From: Alphaproteobacteria bacterium
Lineage (GTDB): Bacteria; Pseudomonadota; Alphaproteobacteria; Micavibrionales; Micavibrionaceae
Length of the DNA: 64,000 bases
Reading direction: 5' to 3'
Assembly (NCBI GenBank): GCA_030147745.1
Contig: JASBUS010000042.1
Span: 10,836 to 74,835 of the forward strand
Positions 55,596 through 64,000 of the stretch are shown piece after piece (the stretch's first letter is position 1; every line of letters begins with the position of its first letter). The position numbers were made by a program, and so were the translations under genes. Below the pieces are notes generated by a model, which saw nothing but the letters and a program-made list of their open reading frames with translations, did not search any database and was not told the origin of the DNA.

Positions 55596-56474
55596 ATGCG
55601 CATATCAACTCTATCTCGTTCAAAAATTCGCCATATGCTTATGGGTGCGTCTGTATTTGGCGTTTTACTTACTGCGGGTTCTATGTCTGCGATGGCGGCT
55701 GACGGTAAAATGGCGAAATTGACCATGGAACCACCGCGCAAAATGAAAGAATTACAAAATATTGAGCCGGTCAATGTTGACCGCGAAAAGGCAGAAAAAG
55801 CAATGCCGCTTGATATTCGCCGTGATGCATTGATCGAGGCCGCTTTGTCTTTTGGCGCACGTGGCGGCTTGGCGATGCGTACCTATGAGATTAATAAAGA
55901 ACTCGATCGCCAAACAAGCTATTTGGACAAAATCTATAACTTCAGAAGCTTATTAATTGCTGTGCCATCAGGTTTGTTGGTTGAACCGCCAATTATTTCT
56001 GAATCTGTTGATGCGATGATTATTGATGGCGATGGCCAAAGCGCAGCGGTATCTGACCGTATCTATAACATCAATAAAAACGCTAAAATCGTTGCGGCAG
56101 CACGTGACTGGCGTGATTATTTGCAGCGCGATTGGGGGGAAGTGAAAAACCCGCCTGAATTATTGATGCCGCAAGATGATGAAGAGCGCGAAATTTGGGA
56201 AGAAAAAGTCGCACAAGGTTGGAAGAGTGGCTATAAACAAGCCGATGAAACATTCGAAGCCGACTTGGCCCGCCTTGTCAGTGAGTTTAGCGGCATGGTG
56301 CGTTACCGTAAACTATTGGCACAAGGCATGGTTTCCCCACCTTATGCGAATCAGGTTGACCGCGGTGTAACAGGCGGTGGTTATGAAATGCGCGTTGGTG
56401 ACCGTGCAATTCAGCTCACAGGTAAACCGCAACTGATCAGTGGACACAGCCAATGGAAGCCCGCAAACCGGTAA
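55596..56474 (+). CDS. dotC: DotC/TraI-family protein (type IVB secretion outer-membrane core)
   Basis: ~293 aa, between dotD and dotB as in Legionella/Coxiella. Signal peptide ...LLTAGSMSAMA/AD. The conserved region is IRRDALIEAALSFGARGGLAMR ... NFRSLLI ... VEPPIISE. The start is ATG 55596 (AAGG upstream) or 55578. Confidence 0.7.
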   Translation: MRISTLSRSKIRHMLMGASVFGVLLTAGSMSAMAADGKMAKLTMEPPRKMKELQNIEPVNVDREKAEKAMPLDIRRDALIEAALSFGARGGLAMRTYEINKELDRQTSYLDKIYNFRSLLIAVPSGLLVEPPIISESVDAMIIDGDGQSAAVSDRIYNINKNAKIVAAARDWRDYLQRDWGEVKNPPELLMPQDDEEREIWEEKVAQGWKSGYKQADETFEADLARLVSEFSGMVRYRKLLAQGMVSPPYANQVDRGVTGGGYEMRVGDRAIQLTGKPQLISGHSQWKPANR

Positions 56475-57613
56475 GCCTTCTTAAAGGCGCAGACAACATT
56501 GCCCAGACATGGCCTGATGAACCTGATCGTTTTCATCAGGAACATGTCGACAATTATCTGCTGTGGTGCGTAAAAAAAGGCGCATCCGATATTACCATTC
56601 AAACAGATCGTCCAGGCTATAACGATATTTCTGGTATATTATATCCAGGGACATATCGTCCGATTGATGCGGCGGATATGAACGTCTTTTTAGCCAAAAT
56701 CTACGGCCCTGATGCCGCGGCGCGCTTGGCCTCTGGTACGGATTTGGACGTATCTTATGAAATTCGACCTGACCGTTATACCCGTATTCGTTTTCGTGTG
56801 AATATTACCGCGATTCTCTCTCGTGGTCGTGATGCTGTGCAAATCACGATGCGTACTCTGCCAAGTGAGCCGCCAACAATGAAGGCGCTTAACGTCGAAC
56901 AAGAAATCATCGATAACTGGGCGCCACGTCAGGGCATGGTGGTGATTACGGGGCCAACAGGCTCTGGTAAATCAACATTGCTCTCTGCGGGTAACCGTAT
57001 GCTGCTTGAGCGTATCCATGGCTGCGGCAAAATGCTGACTTATGAATCGCCGATCGAATATACATACGACACAATCAAATCACCGCGCTCACTTGTCTCG
57101 CAAACCGAAATTCCACGTCACTTACCAGACTTCGCGGCTGGCGTGCGTAATGCGCTTCGTCGTAAGCCAGAGATTATTTTGGTGGGTGAGGCGCGTGATA
57201 AAGAAACAATCTCTGCTGCGATTGAGGCGGCACAAACTGGTCACGCTGTATATACGACAACCCACACAACAGGTGTGGCCTCAACCGTCCGCCGTATGAT
57301 CACGACCTTTGATACGACAGAACGGAACGAACGTGCGTTCGCCTTGATGGAAACATTACGTATGATCGTCACGCAGGCGCTTGTCCCTAAAATTGGTGGT
57401 GGCCGTTTAGGCTTACGCGAATGGATGGTTTTTCCTGCCAATGTGCGTGAAAAATTACTCGATATGGAGTTTGATGACTGGACCAATGAAATTCAGCGTA
57501 TGATTCCTGCCTATGGCCAAACCATGAATAAATCAGCAACCAATGCGTTTGAAGCTGGCTTAATCGAAAAACGTCATTACCTTGCCCTAACAGCGGGCGA
57601 AGGTGGCCATTAA
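56453..57613 (+). CDS. dotB: DotB/TraJ secretion ATPase (PilT-like hexameric ATPase of type IVB systems)
   Basis: PDEPDRF...ASDITIQT, Walker A GPTGSGKST, TYESPIEY, SQTEIPRHLPDFAAGVRNALRRKPEIILVGEARD, and TGHAVYTTTHT. This is collinear with Legionella DotB as I remember it. It overlaps the dotC end by 22 nt. Confidence 0.85.
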   Translation: MEARKPVSLLKGADNIAQTWPDEPDRFHQEHVDNYLLWCVKKGASDITIQTDRPGYNDISGILYPGTYRPIDAADMNVFLAKIYGPDAAARLASGTDLDVSYEIRPDRYTRIRFRVNITAILSRGRDAVQITMRTLPSEPPTMKALNVEQEIIDNWAPRQGMVVITGPTGSGKSTLLSAGNRMLLERIHGCGKMLTYESPIEYTYDTIKSPRSLVSQTEIPRHLPDFAAGVRNALRRKPEIILVGEARDKETISAAIEAAQTGHAVYTTTHTTGVASTVRRMITTFDTTERNERAFALMETLRMIVTQALVPKIGGGRLGLREWMVFPANVREKLLDMEFDDWTNEIQRMIPAYGQTMNKSATNAFEAGLIEKRHYLALTAGEGGH

Positions 57614-57754
57614 TTACCATAAAATTATTGTTATATTACAGAACGTTGTACGATTTATTTGCGTGCTGCGCCGCAATGGGCGTAGATTATTTACCTATAA
57701 CAGGCATGACTAATATGCCGCGAGATAATTTAATAGGTAATAAGGTGTAGAGTA

Positions 57755-58273
57755 ATGACAAATTCAAATATTAAAGCAGCAGCCCTTTTGGTAACAGCAT
57801 TAACAGCATCAGGCTGCGCAAGTGTGAACACAGCTTTCGACCAAGCAACAGGTCTTGGCAATCAGGCTTTTTCAGCGCTGAATAACCAAACATTTAACAA
57901 AGCGACAAGCATTAACTATGATAACGCAACTGGCGCTCCAAGCTTTGTTGCCGATAGCAAAGGCGTTGGCGCTTGTCTACGTTCAGATGAATTGCGTACT
58001 GAAGTACAACAAAAAATCAAAACTAAACAATCTTTGCCAGTTTTGACATATGCACATGAACAATTTAAATCAGCGACAGAAACATGCGCGCAATATACAG
58101 CCTTCAAATTGGGTGAAAACTTCGGCTGTTCAGCCGTTGGCGGTGATGTCGTGGTAAAAGCCACAGGCACAACACCACTTGCACCACGTGAATGTTCAAC
58201 AGACAATATTTTCTTGCGCCTAACCGAAATTAAAAAAGGTGCATATTTGCCAGGCGGTAAATATAACCCATAA
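57755..58273 (+). CDS. Hypothetical lipoprotein downstream of dotB
   Basis: Lipobox LTASGC, 172 aa, four further Cys. It is on the same strand as dotDCB, and the first good terminator follows it. Confidence 0.55.
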   Translation: MTNSNIKAAALLVTALTASGCASVNTAFDQATGLGNQAFSALNNQTFNKATSINYDNATGAPSFVADSKGVGACLRSDELRTEVQQKIKTKQSLPVLTYAHEQFKSATETCAQYTAFKLGENFGCSAVGGDVVVKATGTTPLAPRECSTDNIFLRLTEIKKGAYLPGGKYNP

Positions 58274-58296
58274 TGAATTGATCAGTTTTTATGAAA

Positions 58297-58325
58297 GCGC
58301 CCGCTGAGATATGCGGGCGTTTTTA
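58297..58325 (+). terminator. Intrinsic terminator after the dotDCB-lipoprotein block
   Basis: GCGCCCGC-tgagatat-GCGGGCG followed by TTTTT. Confidence 0.75.
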
Positions 58326-58398
58326 CTTTAAGGGTATTTTAATATACCTAATGTAAAATTCACGAAGGTAAAGTCGTATTATATTTTGGGGAAAGACT

Positions 58399-59145
58399 GT
58401 GGGAAAATCCATATTCGAACATCAGCGTCATATTGAAAATATGCGTATGCGAAATGGCTTGGAATCAATAAAAGATAATATTCCTGGTGTAGTCGAAAAA
58501 CTCGAAAATACAGGCATGTCTTTAAAAAATCAGTTTAGTGCGGTGAGCAAAATGCTTGATGCATTTGATACGCCAGAAGAACAATTAGCTGCTGTTGAAG
58601 GGCAATTAAAGGGCTTGATCTTGTTATCTGATAACCTTGACTTAGCCATGAAATCGGATAGTTCAGTTGTAAGAGCGCAGGCCCAAGTGGCCGATAAGAA
58701 TTTAGATATTCATTATGAACGCGGCGTTTTACGATTTATGCTAGAAACTGGACGTAATTATCCAGATGATATCCCACAAAAGTTAATCGATGATACGCGT
58801 GATATGATGGAGCGTACAGGTTTGGTTGATCGTTTTCGTGCCAAAGGTTTAAGTGAAGAGGAAATCAGCGAAGCAGCTGAAAATCTCGCTGGTTATGCAT
58901 TAACAAATGCCGAATTTATACAGGATGTGAAGCATGATGCGGGTATCCATTCTGCGCCAGAGGTTGATGAAGTCGCTGTAGACTTGTGGAGTGGCAATAC
59001 AGGCGATGATTATAGTGTCAGTGAAGACGACATATCCCTCGATAAAGCCTTAGTGAGCGATACAGGCGATTTGAATACACCTCAGCAAACACAATCCGCG
59101 CCACAAGAACAGAAAATTGCACCTGCATCATTACATTTTAACTAA
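58399..59145 (+). CDS. Hypothetical protein with a helical N-terminal part and an acidic, Ser/Asp-rich C-terminal tail
   Basis: 248 aa with a GTG start and no signal peptide. The C-terminus is ...DDYSVSEDDISLDKALVSDTGDLNTPQQTQSAPQEQKIAPASLHFN. I recognise no family. Confidence 0.45.
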   Translation: MGKSIFEHQRHIENMRMRNGLESIKDNIPGVVEKLENTGMSLKNQFSAVSKMLDAFDTPEEQLAAVEGQLKGLILLSDNLDLAMKSDSSVVRAQAQVADKNLDIHYERGVLRFMLETGRNYPDDIPQKLIDDTRDMMERTGLVDRFRAKGLSEEEISEAAENLAGYALTNAEFIQDVKHDAGIHSAPEVDEVAVDLWSGNTGDDYSVSEDDISLDKALVSDTGDLNTPQQTQSAPQEQKIAPASLHFN

Positions 59146-59147
59146 GC

Positions 59148-59681
59148 TTACTTGATAACATTTTTCATGATGTGATCTTTTTCGCGAATTTTCTTCGCTG
59201 CGCCGCCTTTTTCTTGCAGCGCGATTTCACCATTTTCATCAAGATGAATACGCACGCCATTTGGCAGGTGGATGGATTTAGTGTTAAAACCTGCTGTGAG
59301 TGTAATGTCTTGCGCTGCTGCGAGGGCTTCGGCTTGTTCTTTTTGTTGGCGTACGTCTTCTGCCGCGCGTGTTAAGAAATTATCTGCGTTTTGGCACCAG
59401 TCTCTTCGAAGGGAATAGCCATAGTCTGCAGGTTCAAAAGGCGAAACAAAAACGCGAACATTATTGCTAATGTCAGCGAGTTCACGAATATGCTCACATT
59501 TGGTATCGTCAGGGCATTTTAAGAGATATTGGCCAGATTGTGTTGCGATCCAAGACGTCACACGTGCGCTAGCGCTCAACATGTCAGCAATGTCGTTATG
59601 ATTATTGCCCTTTAAATTCGTGCATGTAAGGTTTAAATATCGTGCCATGTGAAAAACCTGCCTAAAATATTGTTTAGACAT
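59148..59681 (-). CDS. Hypothetical protein (last gene of the tsaD-gpsA string)
   Basis: 177 aa, or 166 aa from ATG 59648. I recognise no family. Confidence 0.45.
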   Translation of the reverse strand: MSKQYFRQVFHMARYLNLTCTNLKGNNHNDIADMLSASARVTSWIATQSGQYLLKCPDDTKCEHIRELADISNNVRVFVSPFEPADYGYSLRRDWCQNADNFLTRAAEDVRQQKEQAEALAAAQDITLTAGFNTKSIHLPNGVRIHLDENGEIALQEKGGAAKKIREKDHIMKNVIK

Positions 59682-59727
59682 TTATAGGATTTGGTTTATG
59701 AAAAATCAAGGCTTTTGTCAGCAGCGC

Positions 59728-60432
59728 TTAATTGTCATTGCTTTTTTGTTGATAAAGCGAGAGGCCAGAGCCGATTTGCAAGGCATGAGCAGGATCTATA
59801 GCGCCGTTATAGAAACTCTCACCAACCAACGCGCCGGCAATATTATGATCCCCCGCGATTGAGGCAATCGCCAAAAGCTCTTCAACGGAGGCAAGCTTAT
59901 TCGCATAGAAAATGGGTGCTTGGCAGCTTTTACGCAGTGCGACAAGGCGCGTTAAATCAAGCGCGGCATCATCGCTATAGAATAGGGCATAGGCGCCATA
60001 GTCATGAATATTCGCGCCAATTTTACCAAGGTCGAATTGTGCCACGCCGCTATCCACCTTGCCGCCAGTGCTATGCAGATGCATCGCAATTTGGTCAGGG
60101 TAATGGGCGCAGGCCTCCTGAATGAAATTATGATCGGTCAGCGCAATATTGTTTAAAATCACGCGGCTAACCCCTTCGGCGAAAAGGCGGTCAATATCGC
60201 TTAATGTTTTTAATGCACCTTCGAAAATCACAGGCACATCAACCGCATCGATGATTTGACGCAAGCTATGAATGCATTCTTCATCAAGGGCCATATCTTG
60301 GCTTTGGATATATAGCCATGAAAAACCCGCCTTCACAAATTGCGCGGCAATATCCGCAGGCGTTGCAACGCTGCCATCAAATTGATAGAGCGATGCGCCG
60401 TCTTTAATCGCGATTTTTGGTAAAATCAACAT
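59728..60432 (-). CDS. HisA/HisF-like (beta/alpha)8-barrel protein with degenerate catalytic and phosphate-binding motifs
   Basis: 234 aa, collinear with HisA (MLILPKIAIKDG vs MIIPALDLIDG; VIFEGALKT vs VQVGGGVRS; ALVGESF vs VIVGRAL). The N-terminal catalytic Asp position is Ala and both glycine-rich phosphate loops are lost. Confidence 0.55.
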   Translation of the reverse strand: MLILPKIAIKDGASLYQFDGSVATPADIAAQFVKAGFSWLYIQSQDMALDEECIHSLRQIIDAVDVPVIFEGALKTLSDIDRLFAEGVSRVILNNIALTDHNFIQEACAHYPDQIAMHLHSTGGKVDSGVAQFDLGKIGANIHDYGAYALFYSDDAALDLTRLVALRKSCQAPIFYANKLASVEELLAIASIAGDHNIAGALVGESFYNGAIDPAHALQIGSGLSLYQQKSNDN

Positions 60433-60449
60433 CTGCGTAATGGCCTATA

Positions 60450-61445
60450 TTATGCGGCAACTTCACGGCGCAATGGGCGCTCAAGCATTTTGTTAACCAT
60501 GTCGTGGATCGGTGCGTTTTCATTCAGGCACAGATAAACCGCTTCGGCGATCGGCATTTCAATCGCATGGTTTTTCGCCATCACCATCAACGCTTTTGAT
60601 GTATGGACACCTTCCGTGACGGCGCTGCGCTCTGACATGATGTCGTCAAGGCTGCGGCCTTCACCCAAATGGGCACCAAGGGAGAAGTTACGGGACTGCA
60701 TGGATGAACATGTGAGGACAAGGTCACCAAAGCCGCACATACCCATCAATGTTTCTTTATGCGCCCCCATCGCTGAAGCCAAACGGCCAATTTCAGCGAT
60801 ACCGCGTGTCATAAGTGCCGCGCGTGCATTTTCACCAAGGCCAAGGCCATGCACCGCGCCACAAGCAATTGCGATTACGTTTTTAATTGCGCCGCCTAAT
60901 TGTGCGCCAATCAAATCTTTCGTTTGGTAAATGCGCAAATTACGGCTGCTAAGCGAGTCAATAATCTCGGCGCCTTGTGTTGTATCTTTAAAGGCCAAAG
61001 TCATCGCACTCGGTAGGCCTTTGGCAATTTCAGCGGCAAAAGTTGGGCCTGTTAGAACGCCAATTGGCTGCCCAGCAATTTCTTGTTCCGCAACTTGGCT
61101 CATCAATAGGCCCGTGCTCATTTCAATGCCTTTTGAACAAATCAAAACAGGCTGATCTTTACGGAGGGATGGTTTTAATGTTTGCAATGTGCTGCGCAAA
61201 TGCTGTGCCGGTACAACCAATAACAAAAGGTCACATGCCGTAACTTCAGAGATTGATTCGGTCACGTTAATCGCCGGATCAATTTTAATGCCTGGAAGGA
61301 ACTGATTATTTTCATGATGCGCTTGCATATAAGCGACCAAATCTGTTTCACGTGCCCATAATGTGACATCACGCCCTGCGGCACGAATAACCTGTGCCAA
61401 AGCTGTGCCCCATGCACCTGCTCCAATAATACCGACTGTTTGCAT
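60450..61445 (-). CDS. gpsA: NAD(P)H-dependent glycerol-3-phosphate dehydrogenase
   Basis: IGAGAWGTALA Rossmann motif, GAIKNVIAIACG, 331 aa. Confidence 0.9.
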   Translation of the reverse strand: MQTVGIIGAGAWGTALAQVIRAAGRDVTLWARETDLVAYMQAHHENNQFLPGIKIDPAINVTESISEVTACDLLLLVVPAQHLRSTLQTLKPSLRKDQPVLICSKGIEMSTGLLMSQVAEQEIAGQPIGVLTGPTFAAEIAKGLPSAMTLAFKDTTQGAEIIDSLSSRNLRIYQTKDLIGAQLGGAIKNVIAIACGAVHGLGLGENARAALMTRGIAEIGRLASAMGAHKETLMGMCGFGDLVLTCSSMQSRNFSLGAHLGEGRSLDDIMSERSAVTEGVHTSKALMVMAKNHAIEMPIAEAVYLCLNENAPIHDMVNKMLERPLRREVAA

Positions 61446-61517
61446 TACACTTCCTACTATTCACTATGAAGTTGATAAGGGTTATTACCCTCGCTATTTT
61501 GCTCTTTATACCGCGTT

Positions 61518-62642
61518 TTAGGCTTTGACGCCAGCGCCAATGCGTTTTTCAGCATTTGGGTCAAGTGGCCAGCGTGGGCGGGCCGCGAAATCAAGTTCGT
61601 TGACCAAACCGCGTTTAAAGCGTTCATATCCAGCCCATGCGATCATTGCGCCATTATCGGAACATAAACGCACAGGCGGAGCGATTAAAGTCATATTCTG
61701 CGCAGCTGTCAAGTCTTCAAGGGCTTGGCGGATGAAGCTATTTGCGGCAACGCCCCCCGCAACCACCAAAGAAGGCGGCGTATTTAGGGCGCTTAACGCA
61801 TCTTGGTAATCTATTTTAAATTGTTCAATCGCGCGGGTTAGTTTCTTTTCTAACACTTTAATCACCGCCTGATGAAAGGCATAAGCAAGCTCTTCAGCAT
61901 CTTGCTGTGAGATTACATCGGCCTCAATAGCATCAATATGTTTACGCATCGCGGTCTTTAGGCCTGAGAATGAAAAGTCGAGATTTTTTTGCTGTGTCAG
62001 CGGCGCGGGCAAGTCATATTTCGCGATAATATCTTTAGGATCAATACCGTTTTCTGCGCAGCGGGATTCATAATCCTGCGCTAATTTCTGCATATATGGC
62101 CCGCCAGGGTAAGGCAGCCCCATCATTTTCGCGGTTTTATCGAAAGCCTCACCCAAAGCATCATCAAGCGTTGTGCCAAGGCGTTTATAACGGTCGATAT
62201 CCTCCGCCACCAGTATTTGTGTATGCCCGCCAGACACCAATAAGCATAAATATGGCATGTCGACGGTATTGGTCAGGCGCGCGGTCAATAAATGCGCTTC
62301 TAAGTGATTAACGGCAATGAAGGGTAAGTTATGTGCGGCAGCAATCGCTTTGCCTGCCATCATCCCGACCATAACGCCGCCAATTAAACCCGGCCCACAT
62401 GTTGCGGCAACAGCGCTTAAATCGTTAAAATTCAAGCCAGATTCACGCATCGCGGCGATGATCAACTGATCCATTTTTTCCAAATGCGCACGCGCGGCAA
62501 TTTCAGGGACAACGCCACCAAATTCTTCATGTTCGACATATTGTGAAGCCAGCATATTGGCACAGATATGCCCGTCGTCGCGAATAATCGCTACGCCCGT
62601 GTCATCACAACTGCTTTCAATGCCCAATACATACTTGCTCAT
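61518..62642 (-). CDS. tsaD: tRNA N6-adenosine threonylcarbamoyltransferase
   Basis: GIESSCDDTGVAI, VNHLEAHLL, SGGHTQ, GGVAAN. 374 aa. Confidence 0.9.
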   Translation of the reverse strand: MSKYVLGIESSCDDTGVAIIRDDGHICANMLASQYVEHEEFGGVVPEIAARAHLEKMDQLIIAAMRESGLNFNDLSAVAATCGPGLIGGVMVGMMAGKAIAAAHNLPFIAVNHLEAHLLTARLTNTVDMPYLCLLVSGGHTQILVAEDIDRYKRLGTTLDDALGEAFDKTAKMMGLPYPGGPYMQKLAQDYESRCAENGIDPKDIIAKYDLPAPLTQQKNLDFSFSGLKTAMRKHIDAIEADVISQQDAEELAYAFHQAVIKVLEKKLTRAIEQFKIDYQDALSALNTPPSLVVAGGVAANSFIRQALEDLTAAQNMTLIAPPVRLCSDNGAMIAWAGYERFKRGLVNELDFAARPRWPLDPNAEKRIGAGVKA

Positions 62643-62742
62643 TAGATAAAATACTCATATAGTCCGCTTGTATCTGTGTGGTTGTAAGCAATTTACCGTA
62701 AAGATACAAATATTTTTTGAAAAAGCAGAAGACAAGGGCAAG

Positions 62743-63696
62743 ATGACGGTTAAGCGCATACGTATCGGGACACGGGGGTCACAATTGGCGATGTTCCAAT
62801 CGAACATGGTCAAGGCCGCTTTGGAAGCGCATCACAGCGAAATCACTGTTGAGTTGGTTGAAATCCGCACATCTGGTGATTGGACACCATCTATGGGGGA
62901 AACCCGCCTATCTGCACAAGAAGGCGGCAAAGGCCTCTTCTGTAAAGAAATTGAACAAGCGTTATTTGAAAACCGTATTGATATTGGCGTGCATTCGCTT
63001 AAAGACATGCCGGCTTTTTTGCCTGATGGTTTAGTGATGAATCATTATTGCCGCCGTGAAGATCCGCGCGATGTATTTGTGTCTTATAAATACCCAAGCT
63101 TGGCGGATTTACCTGCAGGCGCTGTTATTGGGACATCAAGCGTCCGCCGCGCGTCATTCTTGCTACATAAACGTCCAGATTTAAAAATCGTTCCATTCCG
63201 TGGGAATGTTCCAACCCGTCTTGAAAAGATTGCGGCAGGGCAAGTTGATGGCACATTCTTGGCTTTGGCGGGTTTAAATCGCCTCGGCCTTTATGATGAA
63301 CGTTTTGAAATTTTGCCCGTGGCGGAATTTTTACCAGCCTGCGGTCAGGGCATTGTGGCCATTGAATGCCGCGATGAAGATAAAGATTTACAGGCGGCTT
63401 TAGACCCGCTGCAATGTGTGGACACGGCTATTTGTGCCGCGGCGGAGCGTGCCTTGCTTGCAACGCTTGATGGTTCATGCCGTACGCCAATTGGCGGCTA
63501 TGCCGTTATTGATGGCGGTAAACTTCATTTGAAAGGCCAAGTCGCCGCCGAAGATGGCAGAATGCTTTGGACAGAAATCGGCGAAACAGCCGAAGTATCA
63601 CTGGACGGTGCAACAGCACTAGGCAACGCTTTGGGTGCAAAACTCAAAGCACAAACACCGGATGATTTGTTTTTAGAAGAATATGAGTGCGGATAA
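62743..63696 (+). CDS. hemC: Hydroxymethylbilane synthase (porphobilinogen deaminase)
   Basis: RIGTRGSQLAMFQ; the dipyrromethane Cys lies in LDGSCRTPIGG. The start is taken at MTVKRIRIG rather than the 25-aa longer ORF. Confidence 0.9.
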   Translation: MTVKRIRIGTRGSQLAMFQSNMVKAALEAHHSEITVELVEIRTSGDWTPSMGETRLSAQEGGKGLFCKEIEQALFENRIDIGVHSLKDMPAFLPDGLVMNHYCRREDPRDVFVSYKYPSLADLPAGAVIGTSSVRRASFLLHKRPDLKIVPFRGNVPTRLEKIAAGQVDGTFLALAGLNRLGLYDERFEILPVAEFLPACGQGIVAIECRDEDKDLQAALDPLQCVDTAICAAAERALLATLDGSCRTPIGGYAVIDGGKLHLKGQVAAEDGRMLWTEIGETAEVSLDGATALGNALGAKLKAQTPDDLFLEEYECG

Positions 63697-64000
63697 AGAC
63701 GCGTTTTATTATCAAAATCATAAATTGGTGCTGACGCGTGATGCCGAGGCCTGCCATGATTTGGCTTTGGATATTCAAGCCAAAAACCCACGTATTGATA
63801 TGATTTTCAGCCCGATATTAGATGTCGAAAAAGTCGTCTACGCGCTGCCCGCTTTACATCCCGATGCCGCGGTGATTACGACCTCCAAAAATGCCGAAAG
63901 CATTCGTCAAAAATATGCCGATGCTCTGCATTACGGTATTGGCACTGTGCCAGAAATTCAGGATGTCGCAGCTTTGGTCAACCATATTGAAACCCATCAT
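63683..64000 (+). CDS. Probable uroporphyrinogen-III synthase (HemD-like), N-terminal part; it runs off the right edge and is not in the ORF track
   Basis: The frame is open from ATG 63683, overlapping the hemC stop, to the window end. LVLTRDAEACHDLALDIQAKNPRIDMIFSPILDV fits the HemD N-terminal pattern (LVTRP....L...L...G.....PLL), and the position after hemC agrees. Confidence 0.5.
   Translation, partial: MSADKDAFYYQNHKLVLTRDAEACHDLALDIQAKNPRIDMIFSPILDVEKVVYALPALHPDAAVITTSKNAESIRQKYADALHYGIGTVPEIQDVAALVNHIETHH

Noticed and set aside
52443-58400. Signs of a mobile genomic island around the T4BSS genes (integrase, tRNA, direct repeats, IS)
   Set aside because: None are visible in the window, and essential genes (lptB, rpoN, tsaD, gpsA) flank the block. 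I therefore did not call a mobile element.

Overview
The window is gene-dense and mostly chromosomal. Synteny and protein features look alphaproteobacterial: fixI-fixS, a single RelA/SpoT homologue, tsaD-gpsA divergent from hemC-hemD, and lptB-rpoN. This taxonomic call is an inference. By eye I found no rRNA, tRNA, IS element, integrase or CRISPR array.

Ordinary content:
- ccoI/ccoS, ompW and mscS
- a TetR-controlled RND efflux operon
- a Cache-domain MCP
- an OYE reductase with LysR and YceI
- spoT, ilvA, phoH, nrdB, pdxY and gabD
- lptB-rpoN, gpsA, tsaD and hemC

Accessory or unusual content:
1. Dot/Icm-type (type IVB) secretion genes are split into two pieces. A solitary icmT lies at 41.7 kb. 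A dotD-dotC-dotB cluster sits directly behind rpoN at 55.0-57.6 kb, followed by uncharacterised genes.
2. A self-contained minus-strand locus at 35.5-37.0 kb holds three tandem paralogous ~125-aa two-TM proteins of no family I recognise, plus an unannotated 43-aa entericidin-like lipoprotein.
3. Two type I secretion substrates have no T1SS genes nearby. One is a 970-aa RTX protein. The other is a ~2487-aa LapA-like adhesin with six ~0.75-kb tandem coding repeats, a VWA domain and PAAG di-alanine motifs.
4. Tandem VAO/PCMH flavoprotein paralogues.
5. A FeeM/PEP-CTERM-type N-acyltransferase.
6. A degenerate HisA-like barrel.
7. A 448-bp structured leader upstream of phoH.

All functional calls come from motif recognition by eye. 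No database searches were run.
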